A DNA stretch of 12,308 bases from Candidatus Oleincola secundus (GTDB lineage Bacteria; Atribacterota; Phoenicimicrobiia; Phoenicimicrobiales; Stramentimicrobiaceae). Below, one piece after another: positions 8,548 through 12,308 of this stretch; the first letter of the stretch is position 1; each line of letters begins with the position of its first letter. The DNA is taken from positions 1 through 12,308 of the forward strand of contig JAGYLS010000052.1 in the NCBI GenBank assembly GCA_018400815.1, given 5' to 3'. A program made the position numbers and the translations under genes. The notes beneath the pieces were generated by a model, which made no database searches, had not been told where the DNA came from, and saw nothing but the letters and a program-made list of their open reading frames with translations.

Positions 8548-11500
8548 TTATGTTAGATGATTAATAAAATCTTGATCAATTCTGTCTTTTACATCAAGAT
8601 CTTCTTTAATTTCAATCTCTTTACCATCTCTGTCTAAGACTTTTACGTTCAAGCATAGGCTTCTTAATTCTCTAATCAAAACTTTGAATGATTCTGGGAT
8701 ACCAGGCACTGGTATATTTTCACCCTTTACAATAGCCTCGTATGTTTTTATTCTTCCAGAAACATCATCAGATTTAACCGTTAGCATTTCCTGTAAATTG
8801 TAAGCTGCCCCATAACCTTCCAATGCCCATACTTCCATCTCACCAAATCGCTGGCCTCCAAATTGTGCCTTACCACCCAATGGCTGTTGGGTTACCAGTG
8901 AATAAGGTCCTGTCGATCTGGCATGTATTTTATCATCAACCAAATGTATAAGTTTTAGAATATAGCTATATCCTATAGTCACTTTTTGGTCAAATGGCAA
9001 CCCTGTTCTTCCGTCATGCAGAACACTTTTACCGTCTTTCGGTAATCCAGCATCAACAAGGGCTTTCTCAATATCTTCTTCTGTCGCTCCATTAAATACC
9101 GGCGTAATAATATTTATGCCAAGAACTTTGGCAACCCAGCCCAGATGGACTTCTAATATTTGTCCTACATTCATTCTAGAAGGAACGCCAAGTGGATTAA
9201 GAATAATATCAATAGGGGTTCCGTCTGGTAGGAAAGGCATGTCATTAACAGGTAGTATTTTAGCGATTACTCCTTTATTACCATGCCTACCCGAAATTTT
9301 ATCACCCTCAGAAACTTTTCGTTTTTGGGCAATAAATACTCTTACCATTTTATTAACACCAGGTGCTATTTCATCACCATTTTCACGTGAAAAAACTTTA
9401 ACATCAATTACTTTTCCTTTATCACCATGTGGAACACGAAGCGAAGTATCTCTGACTTCTCTAGCCTTCTCTCCAAATATAGCTCTTAACAGTCTTTCTT
9501 CAGGACCTAATTCTGTTTCTCCCTTTGGTGTTACTTTTCCTACCAAGATGTCACCAGGCTCTACTTCGGTTCCTATCCTAATAACACCATCTTCGTCCAA
9601 ATTGGCCAAATTGTTTTCCCCAATGTTAGGAATATCAGAAGTAATTTCTTCAGGACCTAATTTAGTATCTCGTGCATCACATTCATGTTCGCTAATATGT
9701 ATTGATGTAAAAACATCTTTTTGCACTAATTTCTCACTAATAATTATTGCATCTTCAAAATTATATCCTTCCCATGCCATATAGGCCACCAATACATTTC
9801 TACCTAAGGAAAGAGCTCCTTGATCCGTATTTGGTCCATCTGCAATGGGTGTGTTTTTACTTACTTTTTGTCCTTCTTCAACAATTACTGTCTGATTAAT
9901 ACAAGTACCTTGATTAGAACGGTGAAATTTCTTTAAAAAGTATTCTTTCTTAGTACCGTTATCAGTTTTTATTATAATATTATTGCCTGTTACTTTTTCT
10001 ACAATACCATCTTCCTCTGCAATAATAATAGTACCTGAATCCTGGGCTACTCTTTGCTCCATACCAGTCATAACCAAAGGCATTTCTGTTTTGGTGACAG
10101 GGACAGATTGTCTTTGCATATTAGTACCCATTAATGCTCTATTTGCATCATCATGTTCTAAGAAAGGTATTAAACTAGCAGAAATACTGGCCATCTGATT
10201 TGGTGCAACATCTATAAAATCAACTTCTTTTGGTAATACCGTCAGGTAATCATCACGGTACCTACAAGGTACATCGTCCTGAATAATTTTATTATTTTTA
10301 TCAATTTTCAAATTTATTGGGGCAATTTTATACTGATCCTCTTCATCTGCTGTAAGATAGACAACCTTATCAGTTAACTTCCCATTTTCAACTTTACGAT
10401 ATGGTGTCTCAATAAATCCGAAGTTATTGATTCTTCCATAAATACTTAATGATCCGATTAATCCAATATTAGGACCTTCCGGGGTTTCTATAGGACAAAT
10501 TCTTCCATAGTGACTATAGTGAACATCTCGGACTTCAAATCCAGCTCTTTCTCTAGTTAATCCGCCCGGACCAAGTGCAGACAATCTTCTCTTGTGAGTT
10601 ATTTCCGAAAGCGGATTTGTTTGATCCATGAATTGCGAGAGTTGACTGCTTCCAAAAAATTGCTTAATTGCAGCAACCAAAGGTCTAATATTTATTAATG
10701 CCTGTGGTGTAACTGCTGAAAGGTCCGGTTGAATAGTCATTCTTTCTTTAATAACTCTTTCCATTCTAACTAGACCGATATAAAACTGATCCAACAATAA
10801 ATCTCCAACTGTCTTTACTCTTCGGTTCCCTAAATGATCGATATCATCTATATAACCAATCCCATAATAGAGATTCACTAAATATCTTAAGGAGGCAACT
10901 ATGTCATCCTTAGTTAAAGCATTACCTTTTTTTACTCTGACTTTTGGCTGTGTTTCACTAATTTTATAAAGCAATTCTTTTTCAAGAATTTGTCCACTTT
11001 GTGCTATAATTTCTCCAGATTGACGATTGATAATATCTTCAGCTAATTGCAATCCGATATTTTTATCGTCGATTATCCCTTCTTCTTGATCAAACAGATA
11101 AACATCTGTGTCATCTTTTTCATTAAATACTACTATTTCCTCGTCATTATCATTATATATGTATACTTTTTCAACATTGGACTGACTTATTAATTCAGCC
11201 ATTTTTTGATTAATAGTTGTATTCTTCTTTGCTAACTGTCGCCCACTTTCCGGATCAACAATAGCTTTAGCTGTTGTTTTATCCAAAATCCTATTTTGTA
11301 TATGCAACTTCTGGTTGACCTTATGGCGGCCTACATCTGCTAAATCATATCTCTTGGAATCAAATAATAATCTATCTAATAGTTGCCGTGTATTCCTATC
11401 CGTTGGAGGTTCACTTGGCCTTAATTTTCTAAATATTTCAATAAGAGCTTCTCTCTTGTTATGTGTGTTGTCCTTTGTTAATGTTTCCTGGATAATCTCA

Positions 11501-12153
11501 CAATTATCAAATAAGTCCATAATATTTTCATTTCTTTCATATCCTAGTGCTCTTAAAAGTGCTGTAGCAGGAATTTTTCTTTTTTTATCAATACGGACAT
11601 AAATCATATTGTTATTATCAAATCCAAGTTCTAGCCAGGAACCACGATTTGGTATAATACGATAATTATATAATGTTTTGTTTCCACCATATTCTTCACT
11701 TCCAAAATAAATTCCAGGAGATCGAATAAGTTGATTAACAATTACTCTTTCCGCTCCATTTATAATAAAACTTCCACTATCTGTCATTAATGGGATCTCG
11801 CCCATAAAAACATCCTGTTCCTTTATTTCTCCGGTCTTCTTGTTCACAAGACTAATTCTTACTTCCAATGGTGCAGAATAAGTACTACCTCTTTCCCAGC
11901 ATTCAAGTGGGGAATATTTATTTTGCTTTATAGAATAATGAACATAATCCAGAACAAGGTTTCCGGTAAAATCTTGAATAGGGAATACATCTTTAAAAAC
12001 TTTATGTAAACCTATATTTTGTTTTTTTTCAACAGGAACATCAGTTTGTAGAAATTTTTGATAAGAATTCTTTTGAATATCAAGAAAGTTGGGTGGGTCA
12101 ATGTAACTTTTAATTTTAGAATAATCTAATATTTTTAATTTTTTATTCTGCAC
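8548..12153 (-). CDS. rpoB: DNA-directed RNA polymerase subunit beta
   Basis: [62 protein letters not shown]. The ORF extends to TTG 12165; the start is uncertain (12165, 12162 or 12153). GTG 12153 has the best-spaced SD-like AGGTTGGTG. Confidence 0.98.
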   Translation of the reverse strand: MQNKKLKILDYSKIKSYIDPPNFLDIQKNSYQKFLQTDVPVEKKQNIGLHKVFKDVFPIQDFTGNLVLDYVHYSIKQNKYSPLECWERGSTYSAPLEVRISLVNKKTGEIKEQDVFMGEIPLMTDSGSFIINGAERVIVNQLIRSPGIYFGSEEYGGNKTLYNYRIIPNRGSWLELGFDNNNMIYVRIDKKRKIPATALLRALGYERNENIMDLFDNCEIIQETLTKDNTHNKREALIEIFRKLRPSEPPTDRNTRQLLDRLLFDSKRYDLADVGRHKVNQKLHIQNRILDKTTAKAIVDPESGRQLAKKNTTINQKMAELISQSNVEKVYIYNDNDEEIVVFNEKDDTDVYLFDQEEGIIDDKNIGLQLAEDIINRQSGEIIAQSGQILEKELLYKISETQPKVRVKKGNALTKDDIVASLRYLVNLYYGIGYIDDIDHLGNRRVKTVGDLLLDQFYIGLVRMERVIKERMTIQPDLSAVTPQALINIRPLVAAIKQFFGSSQLSQFMDQTNPLSEITHKRRLSALGPGGLTRERAGFEVRDVHYSHYGRICPIETPEGPNIGLIGSLSIYGRINNFGFIETPYRKVENGKLTDKVVYLTADEEDQYKIAPINLKIDKNNKIIQDDVPCRYRDDYLTVLPKEVDFIDVAPNQMASISASLIPFLEHDDANRALMGTNMQRQSVPVTKTEMPLVMTGMEQRVAQDSGTIIIAEEDGIVEKVTGNNIIIKTDNGTKKEYFLKKFHRSNQGTCINQTVIVEEGQKVSKNTPIADGPNTDQGALSLGRNVLVAYMAWEGYNFEDAIIISEKLVQKDVFTSIHISEHECDARDTKLGPEEITSDIPNIGENNLANLDEDGVIRIGTEVEPGDILVGKVTPKGETELGPEERLLRAIFGEKAREVRDTSLRVPHGDKGKVIDVKVFSRENGDEIAPGVNKMVRVFIAQKRKVSEGDKISGRHGNKGVIAKILPVNDMPFLPDGTPIDIILNPLGVPSRMNVGQILEVHLGWVAKVLGINIITPVFNGATEEDIEKALVDAGLPKDGKSVLHDGRTGLPFDQKVTIGYSYILKLIHLVDDKIHARSTGPYSLVTQQPLGGKAQFGGQRFGEMEVWALEGYGAAYNLQEMLTVKSDDVSGRIKTYEAIVKGENIPVPGIPESFKVLIRELRSLCLNVKVLDRDGKEIEIKEDLDVKDRIDQDFINHLT

Positions 12154-12191
12154 TTTTAGCACCAACCTTTTTTATATATATGCAAATTAGT

Positions 12192-12220
12192 ATTTTAACA
12201 TTATAAAAATAAAAAGTCAA
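12192..12220 (-). promoter_or_regulatory. Sigma70/SigA-type promoter of rpoBC, extended -10
   Basis: Minus strand reads TTGACT (12220-12215), 17-nt spacer, TAAAAT (12197-12192), preceded by TGt. Confidence 0.75.
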
Positions 12221-12259
12221 GAAGATACCCATAATATTTTTCTTAATAGGTATCTTCTT
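12204..12259 (-). terminator. Hairpin, probable intrinsic terminator of the upstream transcript
   Basis: AAGAAGATACC (12219-12229) and GGTATCTTCTT (12249-12259) form a perfect 11-bp inverted repeat, extendable to 14 bp with one G-U pair on the minus-strand RNA. T-rich runs follow on both strands. Confidence 0.55.
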
Positions 12260-12308
12260 TATTTTTGCTTTACTTTTTCCGAATAATATCTATCTATCAT
12301 AAATAATG

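Noticed and set aside
9495..9662. Exact 18-bp direct repeat TTTCTTCAGGACCTAATT (9495-9512 and 9645-9662) in the beta flap region
   Set aside because: It encodes LGPEE twice in frame; shared peptide plus AT-biased codon use explains it, and only two copies exist.
4956..9879. Exact 19-bp match TTACTTTTTGTCCTTCTTC at 4956-4974 and 9861-9879
   Set aside because: Both encode EEGQKV of homologous SBHM modules in beta' and beta, so this reflects coding constraint rather than a DNA element.
10441..10670. Rifampicin-resistance region of rpoB
   Set aside because: Residues equivalent to E. coli Q513, D516, H526, S531 and I572 are all the sensitive type.
4199..11602. Short plus-strand ORFs (4199, 4417, 4945, 7637, 9116, 9983, 11315) and the minus-strand ORF 7752-7934
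   Set aside because: All lie inside rpoB or rpoC as antisense or alternate-frame shadows with S/I/F/L-biased composition and no recognisable motifs.
36..12165. Alternative genetic code (none of the five genes ends in TGA)
   Set aside because: About 3900 codons translate without an internal stop under the standard bacterial code, and five stop codons are too few to be informative.

Overview
AT-rich bacterial housekeeping locus, entirely on the minus strand: rpoB-rpoC-rpsL-rpsG-fusA (RNA polymerase beta/beta' followed by the str operon; tuf would be expected just beyond position 1). All five genes look intact. I see no mobile element, CRISPR array, RNA gene or accessory system. The unusual content is (i) a very large beta' (about 1710 aa) with two lineage-specific insertions, one made of copies of the neighbouring 'YVV..GDII.E' clamp module plus an acidic linker, the other of about five tandem BBM2-like modules; (ii) a double BBM2-like insertion in beta; (iii) two near-consensus extended -10 sigma70-type promoters, one with a perfect GC-rich palindrome in its spacer and one whose -35 lies in the 3' arm of an upstream hairpin. 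Amino-acid numbers follow the supplied ORF track. Comparisons to reference proteins are from memory, not from alignments.
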